DNA of 64,000 bases from Candidatus Multivoradales bacterium (GCA_965223855.1 CBDCXM010000009.1:1024001-1088000), one strand, 5' to 3'. Shown: positions 41,085 to 50,583, counted from the first letter of the stretch. The notes: a model not told the origin generated them from the sequence alone. Program-made: numbers and translations.

Positions 41085-41789
41085 ATGCCCGACCTGACGG
41101 CTAGGCGCTCCACCATTGTGATGGCAATGCTCCTGACGACGCTCCTGCTCGGAGCGCCGAGAGCCGCCCGAGCGTGGTGCGAGTTGAGTGATGGGAAGCA
41201 GTACAGAATCTTCCAACTGCGCACCGAGCTGATCCTCGATGCCTACGAGAGCAACGGCATCCGAAAGGACGGACGACGCAAGGACCACGCAGCCGTCTTG
41301 AGGCCTCCGAGAGGCATCAACGACGGGACCCAGGTTTGGGTCGCCGAGCGAGGATCGGCTCGTGGGAGGGGGCAATCCAATGCGGAGCTGGGCTGCACCC
41401 TCAAGCAGGCGAGCTCGGTAGACGAAGACCGCGGCTATCTGGACGCCTACAGCACTTCATATGACGACCACATGGTCGTGACCAGGCGGAGGCAGTTTCC
41501 CGACGAGAACTGCAGCGTCCCTTGCCTCGGCCATCATCCCAGCCAGGTTTGGGACATCCAGCGCAGCCACAGGCGGCGCCCTCGCGGCTTCGACGGATGC
41601 TCTGTTTATTCCGTGCAGCAGTTCTCGTCCAGTCGATGGTTGGATGCCTATCTCTATCCCAACAACGACGGGCAGGTCGTCACGAGGCGCTTTGTGCGCA
41701 ACGAGCAGAAGCCCGACGGCGAGAACCAACATGAGCGACAGCTGTGGCTCTTCTGTGGTCGAACCGAGGGTCCGCGCTCTTCGAACTGA
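41085..41789 (+). CDS. Secreted ricin-B / beta-trefoil-like protein
   Basis: Signal peptide; three repeats of Q....LDAY....VVTR....Q.W. Confidence 0.65.
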   Translation: MPDLTARRSTIVMAMLLTTLLLGAPRAARAWCELSDGKQYRIFQLRTELILDAYESNGIRKDGRRKDHAAVLRPPRGINDGTQVWVAERGSARGRGQSNAELGCTLKQASSVDEDRGYLDAYSTSYDDHMVVTRRRQFPDENCSVPCLGHHPSQVWDIQRSHRRRPRGFDGCSVYSVQQFSSSRWLDAYLYPNNDGQVVTRRFVRNEQKPDGENQHERQLWLFCGRTEGPRSSN

Positions 41790-41868
41790 GTTCTGGCTGA
41801 GTGCCGAGATGAGTCGACACATCCTCTCTCGAGGTTCGGGCTCAGGACCTGCCGGCGACCCGGAGGTG

Positions 41869-42822
41869 TCAGTCGCTCTGTGTCAGAAACCGAACGATCT
41901 CCGGCAGCACCTCTTCGCCACGTTCGTACACAGCAGCGTGCCCAGCATCGGCCACGGGCAGGAAGCTGGCTCCCGGCATCGCCTGCAGAATCGATTCATG
42001 ATCCTCGAAGGGCAGCACACGATCGTCCCTTCCCCAGATCAAGAGGACCTCGCGCTCGTGACGCCCCACCGACGTGTACTTGTCGAGGATGTTCGGTGGT
42101 AGCTCTCGCCACGAAGAGAGGTGTGCCCGCCGCCAGCCTTTGAGCGAGATCTCCTGCTCGACGAGCCCAACGACCCTGTCCACATCGATCCTCTCGGTGC
42201 TCGAGAAGTTGATCTCGGGGAACCTCTCGACGATCTTCCGGCTCAGCAGCCTCAGAGCGAGATTGCCGAGGATGGGCACTCGGAAGAGCCGGAAGTCTCG
42301 CTCCACCGAGGGCGATGCACCAGCAGGTGAATGTAGGACCAATCGATCGACTCGATCGGGGAACCGCTCAGCGAAGGCGACCGCCACGCCGCCTCCCAAT
42401 GAGGCGGCCACCAGGTGAATCGGTTCCGTCACACCGACCGCCTCCAGGAGTTCACTTAGCTGGCGCAAGAAGAGGTCCTCGTTGTATCTGGCGGAAGGGC
42501 GATCAGAGAGCCAGCGGCCGTAGAGGTCGTAGCGCAGAACGCGCAGGCCCGCTTCCGACAAGACACCGGCTGCTTCGTCGAACCACCAGTAACCTCCGAT
42601 GTCGCCCGGGATCAGCACGACCGTTGGTGCGTCGGAGTCTCCTTCAAGATCGTAGTGAACGATGCCGTCGCTGAGTTCTACAAAGCTGCCCGGAGAGGCC
42701 GCTCTGACGCCTTCGTCGAGGACTACTTGTTCCGGATCGAGAAGTTGGAGCCCGAGCATGATGATTAGGGCAATAGAGACCGCTGCGGCGCCGACGGTCC
42801 GAGGCAGCGGCACTCTAATCAT
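41869..42822 (-). CDS. Alpha/beta hydrolase with N-terminal anchor
   Basis: YDLYGRWLSD, AASLGG nucleophile elbow, WGRDD, DAGH. Confidence 0.88.
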   Translation of the reverse strand: MIRVPLPRTVGAAAVSIALIIMLGLQLLDPEQVVLDEGVRAASPGSFVELSDGIVHYDLEGDSDAPTVVLIPGDIGGYWWFDEAAGVLSEAGLRVLRYDLYGRWLSDRPSARYNEDLFLRQLSELLEAVGVTEPIHLVAASLGGGVAVAFAERFPDRVDRLVLHSPAGASPSVERDFRLFRVPILGNLALRLLSRKIVERFPEINFSSTERIDVDRVVGLVEQEISLKGWRRAHLSSWRELPPNILDKYTSVGRHEREVLLIWGRDDRVLPFEDHESILQAMPGASFLPVADAGHAAVYERGEEVLPEIVRFLTQSD

Positions 42823-43372
42823 CCCCGGACAAGGCGCTCCACCCCAGCCTGCGAAGGACGTAGAAGTAGCGAGCCAAGAGCAGAGCGAGGACCGGAAGCA
42901 TCGCGAAGTTCACCCAGGGGAAGCGATCGATCGCGGCGGCGGCGGCGAGCAGAACAGCGACTGCGATGGCAGCCAGAGGAAGGAATACACGGTTCTTCAG
43001 CGTCAGGTTCCAGAGCTGCTGCAAGACCGGAATAGCGGCCACCGTCAGATAGAAACGCTGCCACTGCTCGGTTCCAGCTCTACCAATGTCCAGGTATCCG
43101 AGGAAGAAGAAGGCCAGAAACAGCAACACGATCTCGCCAAGGTCGAGAAGGAACGGCACTGCGCCATAGCTTCCTGGAGGTCGTGCCTCTGTTCGCAAGT
43201 AGGAAGCACTGAAGAAGGCGACCAGGACGAGGCCGAAGTAGAGAGAAGTGTCGGCAGCGGCGCTGGCCAAGTCCGGGTGGTTGGCCGCCTTGTGAATCCA
43301 CAGCACAAGGCCGGTGCCGAGAACCGCCGGGTAGTACAGGGAGTGCATGAGCACTCGGTAGGAAGTGGACAT
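42815..43372 (-). CDS. Multi-pass membrane protein
   Basis: About 6 hydrophobic segments; overlaps the hydrolase start. Confidence 0.7.
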   Translation of the reverse strand: MSTSYRVLMHSLYYPAVLGTGLVLWIHKAANHPDLASAAADTSLYFGLVLVAFFSASYLRTEARPPGSYGAVPFLLDLGEIVLLFLAFFFLGYLDIGRAGTEQWQRFYLTVAAIPVLQQLWNLTLKNRVFLPLAAIAVAVLLAAAAAIDRFPWVNFAMLPVLALLLARYFYVLRRLGWSALSGDD

Positions 43373-43472
43373 CTGGGGCGGATCTTAGCCGCAGGAATGC
43401 GGTTCCGACTTGGTTTGAGCCTCGGTTCTAGGGAATCGTCGCGCTCCACGCCGAGGTGTCGCCCGCTGGTTC

Positions 43473-43491
43473 AGGTGCCACAGGAATCCTG
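43473..43491 (+). repeat. Left-type end motif (variant)
   Basis: AGGTGCCACAGGAATCCTG. Confidence 0.7.
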
Positions 43492-43541
43492 CTGGCAGCC
43501 ACTGGCGGTTCCGGTTTTTCGACGGCGCCTTCAGGAAACGC

Positions 43542-43919
43542 TCACCGCCATCGAGACATCGCGGCTTGGTAGAGGCTCTTCTGTCTTGCAGGATCGTCCT
43601 GAATCTCCAGGTGGAGGTCGAAGAGGTCGAGCAACCGGCCGTCTTCCGTCATCACGGTGCCCTCCTCCTCACCAGCCGACCGGACGCCGAACCATGCCTG
43701 GAGCATGCCGGCCACTTCCCGGTCGCCAACTCTGACGAGTTCTAGGAAGTCGGAGAATCTGAGAGCGTAGCCCGTATCGGGGATCACAGTGTCGGCCTTT
43801 ACCTGTGGGATAGTGCTGACGCCGCACTGCGGGCAGTTCATCTCACGACCAAGCGCGTTGTAGGGCAGCTGGTAGCCGGTAGCGCAGCTAGGGCAGGTGA
43901 CCTCGATCAGGGGAGTCAA
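43542..43919 (-). CDS. Putative immunity protein with N-terminal zinc ribbon
   Basis: CPSC...CPQC; overlaps the RHS toxin stop by 4 nt. Confidence 0.6.
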   Translation of the reverse strand: MTPLIEVTCPSCATGYQLPYNALGREMNCPQCGVSTIPQVKADTVIPDTGYALRFSDFLELVRVGDREVAGMLQAWFGVRSAGEEEGTVMTEDGRLLDLFDLHLEIQDDPARQKSLYQAAMSRWR

Positions 43920-45562
43920 GGGATGGGCTCCAAGTAGCCGGCATCGACGAGCTGTTCGACCGATTGGTCGAAGTAGTACTGTAGCGCCCCTCCTCTGGCT
44001 CCGAATTCTGGTACTGGAGCGGCCGGGCCGGCTTCGGCCTCGAATGCGCGCACGACTCGATACTGAGAGTAGGCCAAGTCCTCAGAGCCGACCGGTAGTC
44101 CCAGATCAGAGACCGATGCGCCGGGAGGAGCGGCATATCGGCCGCTGGGAGGGCCATACCGCGCGACCACCGTACCCTCAGACACGGAAGTGCGCACGCT
44201 GGAGGCGAACCCCCTGTTAGGGGGATAGGGCAAGTCACGAGCTGAGACAAATCTGCCCGTCTCGAGGTCTCTGTATCGGCTCGCGCGAGAATCGAAGATG
44301 AAGCGGGCGTCGCTAGCCGAGGGCAACCGGGGTAGCCCGCTTGTCATGGGGGGGCTCAGGCCCTCCCTTGCCTTAGAGACCAAACGCTTGGTTGCGCCGC
44401 CAAGAAACAAGGCCTCCAACATCACCTCCGTGCTGTTGGCAGCCAGCTCGACCCTCTCCCGTTCGCTGCCGTAGAACGCCGTGTCCAACGCCTGCCGGGC
44501 CATTCCGGACGGGATCTCGACGACAGCCCGGAGGCCTCCCTGCGGATCCTCGGCGATGATGCGGCCGAGTTGGTGGGCCGACTGCTCGATGGTCATCGCC
44601 AGTTCGCCCAGTTCCTCGTCCGCCTCCTGGCGCAGGCGGTGGTCCGGGGGAAGCGCTTCCGTCACGATCATGTTGGCCGCAAAGTTCGCGGCGTTGACGC
44701 CCCGCTGCAGCAGGCCGAGAACGCCAGCGTTGATAGCGCGGCTGGCTGCATCGCCGATCACCGCTCCCGAGACTCCCTGATCGACTTCCCCCGCAAGCAC
44801 CGCTTCGCGCTCCTCGGCGAGGTTCCTGGCGAGCTCGACCAGCTCCTGGATTTCCCCGCTCGGGTCCACCCACACGGTCGGATTCGAGTAGGCGTAGAGA
44901 TAGCGATGGAGACTGCCCGGCGTGGTGGGAGTCCCCAGCTGGGGATCCTCCGTGAGAAACCTCCCCACCGCAGGGTCGTAGCGACGGGCACGGGCGTAGT
45001 AGCCCCCCATCTCTGCGTCATGCCGATAGCCCGTGAACCCGTAGGTGTCCGGGAGCGTCCCCTGGACCTGCTCCCGCACGTTGCCCCAGGCGTCGTACTG
45101 CTTGTAGCTGTCGACCGACCCGTCCGGCCTGGAGATCTGGGTGGGTGAGCCGAGCGCGTCCTGCTGGTAGTAGCCCGCGTTCCCGCCACTCTCGACCGAG
45201 AAGGGACCTCCCGGTCCGTGGTGGTAGCGAGCGACTGTTGCCCCCGAGTCGTCGGTCTCGAGCAAGAGCAGCTCGTCGTCGTAGACGAAGTTGCGACCTC
45301 CAGCGGGCGTGACCTTGCGGACGAGGCGACCCTGATAGTCGTAGTAGTAGCGAGCCAGCGTCGTACCGGCGTCGTCCGTGATCTGAATCAGCCGGTCTCG
45401 GGCGTCGTAGGCGAAATGTGTGGTTTCGCCGTCGATCGTCCGCGACGTCTGGTTCCCGTTGCCGTCGTACGTGTAGGTCACGTCGGCCGTCTGACCGGCA
45501 GCCGCGACGGCATGGAGGAGAGCGATGAGCAGCGTCTGCCGCAGCCACAATCGGTAGCGCAC
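43916..45562 (-). CDS. Short RHS-repeat polymorphic toxin with C-terminal TNT (NAD+ glycohydrolase) domain
   Basis: YD repeats, GFTG...YYARARRYDPAVGRF, NPTVWVDPSG; C-terminal YPPNRGF...ARYG..SGRYAAP...GGALQY...LVDAGYL. Confidence 0.85.
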   Translation of the reverse strand: MRYRLWLRQTLLIALLHAVAAAGQTADVTYTYDGNGNQTSRTIDGETTHFAYDARDRLIQITDDAGTTLARYYYDYQGRLVRKVTPAGGRNFVYDDELLLLETDDSGATVARYHHGPGGPFSVESGGNAGYYQQDALGSPTQISRPDGSVDSYKQYDAWGNVREQVQGTLPDTYGFTGYRHDAEMGGYYARARRYDPAVGRFLTEDPQLGTPTTPGSLHRYLYAYSNPTVWVDPSGEIQELVELARNLAEEREAVLAGEVDQGVSGAVIGDAASRAINAGVLGLLQRGVNAANFAANMIVTEALPPDHRLRQEADEELGELAMTIEQSAHQLGRIIAEDPQGGLRAVVEIPSGMARQALDTAFYGSERERVELAANSTEVMLEALFLGGATKRLVSKAREGLSPPMTSGLPRLPSASDARFIFDSRASRYRDLETGRFVSARDLPYPPNRGFASSVRTSVSEGTVVARYGPPSGRYAAPPGASVSDLGLPVGSEDLAYSQYRVVRAFEAEAGPAAPVPEFGARGGALQYYFDQSVEQLVDAGYLEPIP

Positions 45563-45703
45563 GAGTGCCCCTATCCAGCCATCTTGTAGAAACGTAGAGA
45601 AGCTTGCACTTTAGCACTGAAACCTTCAGCGCGGTTCGGTCCGGCTCCCGAGCCGCACGGAATGTGCAAGGAGGAAGCGCCCTTTTCCGTCTGCGGGAAC
45701 AGG

Positions 45704-46609
45704 ATGGGCTACCGACTTCGCCACCTTGCCGGCCCTCGCCTCGTCGAGGTCACGACCCGCGCCGTGCAGCGTCGCTTCCTGCTGCGGCCGTCGCCCAAGG
45801 TCAACGCCATCATCATCGGTGCGCTCGCCCGTGCTCAACGCAAGTACGGAATGAAGCTCTGCTACTGCGTCTACCTCTCGAACCACGCCCACCTGCTCCT
45901 GTGGCCCGACGACTCGAAGCAGCTCGCCGACTTCATGCGCTACGCCCACTCGAAGATCGCCAAGGAGCTCGGTCGCATCCACGACTGGCGCGGCGGGATC
46001 TTCGAGCGCCGCTACACCGCTATCGAGCTGAGCGAGGAAGAGGCCCAGCCGGAGAAACGCTTGCGCTACCTGCTTGCCCAGGGATGCAAGGAGAGGCTCG
46101 TCGCTTCTCCCAGGCACTGGCCGGGGGCGACGAGCCTGCGGGTTCTGACCGAAGGTCGAGAGCTCAAAGGCATCTGGATCGATCGCACGGCGCAGTACCG
46201 GGCTCGGGAGAATGGGCACCGCGCTCCCGAGCGGAAGTTCACTGAGGAAGAGCGACTGGAGATCACGCCGCTGCCGACCTGGGGCGATCTGACTGAGTCG
46301 CAGCAGCAGGCAAGGGTCCGCGCGATCGTCCGGGAGATCGAAGCTGAGACCGAAGGCCACAAGGTGCTGGGCCGCAAGGCCATCCTCGAACAGGATCCTC
46401 ATGGGCGGCCTTCAAGCCATCCTGCGCGCACTCCGGCGCCGAGGTTTCACGCGACCGACCGAGGCGTTCGCAGGGCGCTGGAAGAGGCCTACCAGTGGTT
46501 CGTGATCGAGTACAGGCGCGCGGCGGAAGCGCTTCGGGCAGGGAGGCCTGCGGACTTCCCTCCGGGCTGCTTCCTGCCCGCAGGGCGCTACATCCCGCTG
46601 AGGATCTAG
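45704..46609 (+). mobile_element. RAYT-like HUH (Y1) transposase, intact copy 1
   Basis: 301 aa; N-terminal VTTR, SNHAH (HUH), IFERRY, LRY (candidate catalytic Tyr)...PRHWPG. Confidence 0.88.
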
Positions 46610-46820
46610 GCAGAGCTCGCGTTCCATGCCGAACCGGTCGTCGCCGAGCGCGACGGCCGGTTGCGGCGTGGAGGGGCGTCGCGGAAATGCTGCGAAGGGG
46701 TCGCTGAGTCACGAGAACTAGCCCGAGAACGCCCTCGACGAGGCTACTTCGAGAGGTCCCCGAGTCTGAGAGCGTGCTCGATCGGCGAGGACGAGGTGCG
46801 GGCCGCGTCGCGAACGTGGA

Positions 46821-46855
46821 CTCTTCAGTATTCCCAGTATTCCTGTGAGGCCTCT
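46821..46855 (+). repeat. Right-type end motif with internal duplication
   Basis: CTCTTCAGTATTCCCAGTATTCCTGTGAGGCCTCT, 211 nt after the transposase stop. Confidence 0.88.
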
Positions 46856-47005
46856 ATTTCGGGGTGCGGGCTGTGCCGTTGCAGTCTTTGAGAGACGAAG
46901 TCGGCTGACGGACGGCTGGGGTTCTTCTCGATCTCGACCTCCTGGGAGTAGGTGCCCTTGCGGCACTGCAAGGATGTGGACGCACCCTCCGTCTGAAGAG
47001 GCGAG

Positions 47006-47911
47006 ATGGGCTACCGCCTTCGCCACCTTGCCGGCCCTCGCCTCGTCGAGGTCACGACCCGCGCCGTGCAGCGCCGCTTCCTTCTGCGGCCTTCGGCCAA
47101 GGTCAACTCCATCATCATCGGCGCCCTGGCTCGTGCTCAGCGCAAGTACGGCATGAAGGTCTGCTACTGCGTCTATCTCTCGAACCACGCCCACCTGCTC
47201 CTGTGGCCCGACGACTCGAAGCAGCTCGCCGACTTCATTCGCTACGCCCACTCGAAGATCGCCAAGGAGCTAGGCCGGATCCATGATTGGCGAGGCGGGA
47301 TCTTCGAGCGCCGCTACACCGCCATCGAGCTGAGCGAGGAAGAGGCCCAGCCGGAGAAGCGCTTGCGCTACCTGTTGTCCCAGGGATGCAAGGAGAGGCT
47401 CGTGGCTTCCCCCAGGCACTGGCCGGGAGCGACGAGCCTGCGGGTACTGACCGAAGGCCGGGAGCTCAAGGGCATCTGGATCGATCGCACGGCGCAGTAC
47501 CGGGCTCGGGAGAGCGGACACCGGGCTCCCGAGCGCAACTTCACCGAGGAAGAGCGACTGGAGATCACCCCGCTGCCGACCTGGGGCGACCTGAGCGAAT
47601 CACAACGACAGGCGAAGGTCCGCTCGATCGTTCGGGAGATCGAAGCGGAGACCGAAGGCCACAAAGTCCTCGGCCGAAAGGCCATCCTCGAGCAGGATCC
47701 TCATGGTCGTCCTTCCAGCCGACCCGAGCGCACTCCAGCGCCGAGGTTCCATGCAATCGATCGAGGTGTTCGCCGAGCCCTGGAAGAGGCCTACCAGTGG
47801 TTCGTGATCGAGTACCGGTGTGCGGCGGAAGCACTTCAGGCAGGCAAGCCTGCGGACTTCCCTCCGGGCTGCTTCCTGCCAGCTGGGCGCTACATCCCGT
47901 TGAGACTCTAG
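47006..47911 (+). mobile_element. RAYT-like HUH (Y1) transposase, intact copy 2
   Basis: 301 aa; near-identical protein to copy 1 with many synonymous changes. Confidence 0.88.
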
Positions 47912-48121
47912 CTAGGTTGATTCTCTCGAGTCGGACCGGTCGTCGCCGAGTGCGACGGCCGGTTGCGGCGTGGAGCGGGGACTCGGGAATGCTGCCGGGA
48001 GGTCGCTGAGCCGCGCCACGCCCTCAAGAGTGGCCACGACGAGGCGTTCCGGGCAGTCGCCGAGTGCCGAGCACGTGCGCGATCAGAGAAGTTGAAGCGC
48101 GAGCGGCGGTGCGGGTGTGGG

Positions 48122-48147
48122 CTCTTCAGTATTCCTGTGAGGCCTCT
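48122..48147 (+). repeat. Right-type end motif
   Basis: CTCTTCAGTATTCCTGTGAGGCCTCT, 210 nt after the transposase stop. Confidence 0.9.
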
Positions 48148-48309
48148 ATTCCGGCACCCCCGCCTTTACCGCAATCGAGCCGCCGCCGAGGTGTGAGGCG
48201 ACTCAGACCCAGGGGATGTGGCCGGATGTGGTTCTTCGGCTTCGGGTGGAGTGTTCGGGTTCGTGAGGCGAGGTGGCGAGCGCCGGGTTCGCCGGGCCCG
48301 CGGTCCGGG

Positions 48310-48687
48310 CTAGACCCGGCGGACGACCGCGCGGATCCAGGTCGCGAGCCGCGCCATGTCGAGCGTGCCGGCTTCCAGCTCGCCGACCAGGAACGCATGC
48401 GCCTCCGGCCCGTCGACGTCGAAGCGCCAGCCGTTGAGTCGCAGGAAGACGTCGGTGGCGAAGAACGCGACCCGCTTGTTGCCGTCGACGAACGGATGAT
48501 TCATCAGCAGCGATTCGAAGAGTGCCGCCGCCATCTGCAAGAGGTCGGCGTAGTAGCCGGTCTGGGGCCGGTAGAGCGCGCTCTCCAGCAAGCCGTGGTC
48601 GCGCACCCCAGCAGCGCCGCCGAACGCCTCCAGCAGCCGTTCGTGGATCGCCAGCGCTTCGTCGACCGACAGGAACGCGACGGTCAC
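48310..48687 (-). CDS. Doc/Fic-family toxin, copy 2
   Basis: HPFVDGNKR; 7 aa differences from copy 1 by hand count. Confidence 0.9.
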   Translation of the reverse strand: MTVAFLSVDEALAIHERLLEAFGGAAGVRDHGLLESALYRPQTGYYADLLQMAAALFESLLMNHPFVDGNKRVAFFATDVFLRLNGWRFDVDGPEAHAFLVGELEAGTLDMARLATWIRAVVRRV

Positions 48688-48893
48688 TGGGCGAGCAGCC
48701 GCCCGAGTTCCTCGTTCGCCTCGATCGACGCCTCGAGGTGCTCGAGAACCTGCGGCCGGACACGCCGCCGCCGCACGTAGTCGCGAATCGCCTCCGTCAG
48801 CAGTCCGGAGATGCTCTGGTGCGACTCCGCGGCCAGCGCCTTGAGGTCGCGCCACGCTTGCTCGTCGACTTTCGAGCTGACCTTGATCGACAT
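48684..48893 (-). CDS. Ribbon-helix-helix-like antitoxin, copy 2
   Basis: 69 aa; 2 aa differences from copy 1. Confidence 0.8.
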   Translation of the reverse strand: MSIKVSSKVDEQAWRDLKALAAESHQSISGLLTEAIRDYVRRRRVRPQVLEHLEASIEANEELGRLLAQ

Positions 48894-48899
48894 GCGGAG

Positions 48900-48929
48900 A
48901 TTGTAGGTTGACGTATCAAGATTTGTCAA
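48900..48929 (-). promoter_or_regulatory. Sigma70-type promoter for TA copy 2
   Basis: Minus strand TTGACA-N18-TACAAT ending 6 nt before the ATG; same geometry as copy 1. Confidence 0.7.
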
Positions 48930-48979
48930 GATCGAGAGCCTCTCGGCGAGGCCGCGACCTGGATCTCGCGGAAAAGGGG

Positions 48980-49004
48980 CTCTTCAGCGTTCCTGTGAGG
49001 CCTC
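48980..49004 (+). repeat. Right-type end motif (variant)
   Basis: CTCTTCAGCGTTCCTGTGAGGCCTC. Confidence 0.8.
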
Positions 49005-49032
49005 GATCTGCCTCTATCTCGTCTATCTCGAC

Positions 49033-49058
49033 CTCTCTCTCTCTCTCTCTCTCTCTCT
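49033..49058. repeat. (CT)13 dinucleotide microsatellite
   Basis: Read directly from the sequence. Confidence 0.9.
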
Positions 49059-49074
49059 GAGACCCGCCAGGCCG

Positions 49075-50154
49075 TCAAGGCAGAGTCGAGGACCACGCCG
49101 AGGTATCGCCGCTCTCGAAGCCGTCGGCGAAGATGTCGGTCTCGATGACCGCCAGTTCGATGAAGCGCGCGCTGACCCCACTGATCTTCGTATCGACCAG
49201 AGCTCCCGCGGTGTTGATCTCGAAGACGCCGTCGCCGTTGGTGACCAGCAGATTGCCGTTCGGGAGCGGATAGACCCCGCGAAGCCCGCCGAGCCCGGCC
49301 GGTACGATCGTGTCGAGCAGCGCCCCCGTCGCGTCGTAGACGAGGACCCCGGCCTGCGCACCCGAGAAATTGGCGACGTAGACGGAAGCGACGCCGGGCG
49401 CGGTCACACCTTCCACGACGTGAACCTGCTCCGGGAAGTTGTCGACCGCTGCGAACACGGAGGCACTGGCTCCACAAGCCGTAGAGGCGAGCACCGCGTC
49501 GACGTCGATGTCGGTGATCAGCGCCACCGAGAGGTCGACGCGAATGTTGACGTCGAACGGACTGTCGAGGCCCTGTGCGGCTGCCCAGCAGTCGAAGTCG
49601 TACGTCCCATCCACCTCGAAGGAGGGCACGGTCTGGGTGTTGCCGGACGTGGCGAGGTAGTTGTCACCGAACGGATTGAGCTCGAAGCCGCGGGCGTTGT
49701 CGTAGACGGAGGTGTTGACCCCGCCGGCCGGCGCGAAGAGCCCCAGCGGTGCCCCCGCAAGGTTGTACGCGAAGATGCCGTCGTTGAGTTGATCGGCAAC
49801 CAGGATGCGGTTGCCCTCGACACTCAGGATGGCGTTGATCGGCGTCGCGAGATCTCCGCTCGAAGGGACGAAGTCGGGATCGATCAGATCCCCTGTCGTC
49901 GCGTCGAACGCCATCACCCGATCGTTGCTCGACTCCGGGATCAGGAGGATCCCGCCACTCCCCAGCGCCTCCAGCGCTCGCGCGCGCCGTGCCGGGTCGG
50001 GTCGGGTCTCACGAGCCTCGGGTGCGTCCGGCAGCTCGAGGCCCGCCGCTTCCAGACTCTCGATCTCGGTCGCACGAGCAGTCTTATCGACCTCGCCCGC
50101 GACCACGTGAGGAGCCAAAAGCAGACTCAAGAAAACCACGCCGTTACGAGTCAT
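49075..50154 (-). CDS. Secreted beta-propeller-like protein with IFADGFESGDTSAWS tail (paralog of 2051-3130)
   Basis: Same length (359 aa) and colinear with 2051-3130. Confidence 0.85.
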   Translation of the reverse strand: MTRNGVVFLSLLLAPHVVAGEVDKTARATEIESLEAAGLELPDAPEARETRPDPARRARALEALGSGGILLIPESSNDRVMAFDATTGDLIDPDFVPSSGDLATPINAILSVEGNRILVADQLNDGIFAYNLAGAPLGLFAPAGGVNTSVYDNARGFELNPFGDNYLATSGNTQTVPSFEVDGTYDFDCWAAAQGLDSPFDVNIRVDLSVALITDIDVDAVLASTACGASASVFAAVDNFPEQVHVVEGVTAPGVASVYVANFSGAQAGVLVYDATGALLDTIVPAGLGGLRGVYPLPNGNLLVTNGDGVFEINTAGALVDTKISGVSARFIELAVIETDIFADGFESGDTSAWSSTLP

Positions 50155-50264
50155 AGTTCCCCCTGTCGTTCTGATGGATGGTGCCGGACAGTGTAGCTCA
50201 GCTCTTCGCACCGAAGCGGCGCGGCAGGAGCGCTTCTCCGCGGTCGCGGAGCGGAACCTCGATC

Positions 50265-50428
50265 GTGGATAGGCCGTTCCGAGTCGGCGACTGGACCGTC
50301 GATCCCGACCGGGGCATCGGTCGAGAGCTCGAGCGCCACCGCGTCGCTGAGCGCGTCGGCGCTCGCGGTTCTCACCGAGCTGGCGGCGCACGCGCTGGGG
50401 GAACGGTCGGGCCAAAGGAGCGGCCTAA
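50265..50428 (+). pseudogene. 5' fragment of a CadC/OmpR-type winged-helix regulator
   Basis: FRVGDWTVDPDRG then, across frameshifts, SLSASALAVLTELAAHA-GGTVGPKE; ends at a left-type motif. Confidence 0.5.
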
Positions 50429-50431
50429 GGT

Positions 50432-50583
50432 AGGTGTCACAGGAATACTGCAAGGATGAGGATCGGATCTCCGTCTGAAGAGACGAGATGGGCTACCGAC
50501 TTCGCCACCTTCCCGGCCCTCGCCTCGTCGAGGTCACGACCCGCGCCGTCCAGCGCCGCTTCCTGCTGCGGCCGTCGCCCAAG
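50432..50583 (+). pseudogene. Left-type end motif, leader and first 32 codons of the RAYT-like transposase
   Basis: AGGTGTCACAGGAATACTG; ATG 50488 MGYRLRHLPGPRLVEVTTRAVQRRFLLRPSPK, then unrelated sequence. Confidence 0.9.

Noticed and set aside
46632-46662. Intrinsic terminator after the transposase
   Set aside because: The hairpin has no U-tract on either strand; kept as a candidate recognition or RNA structure instead
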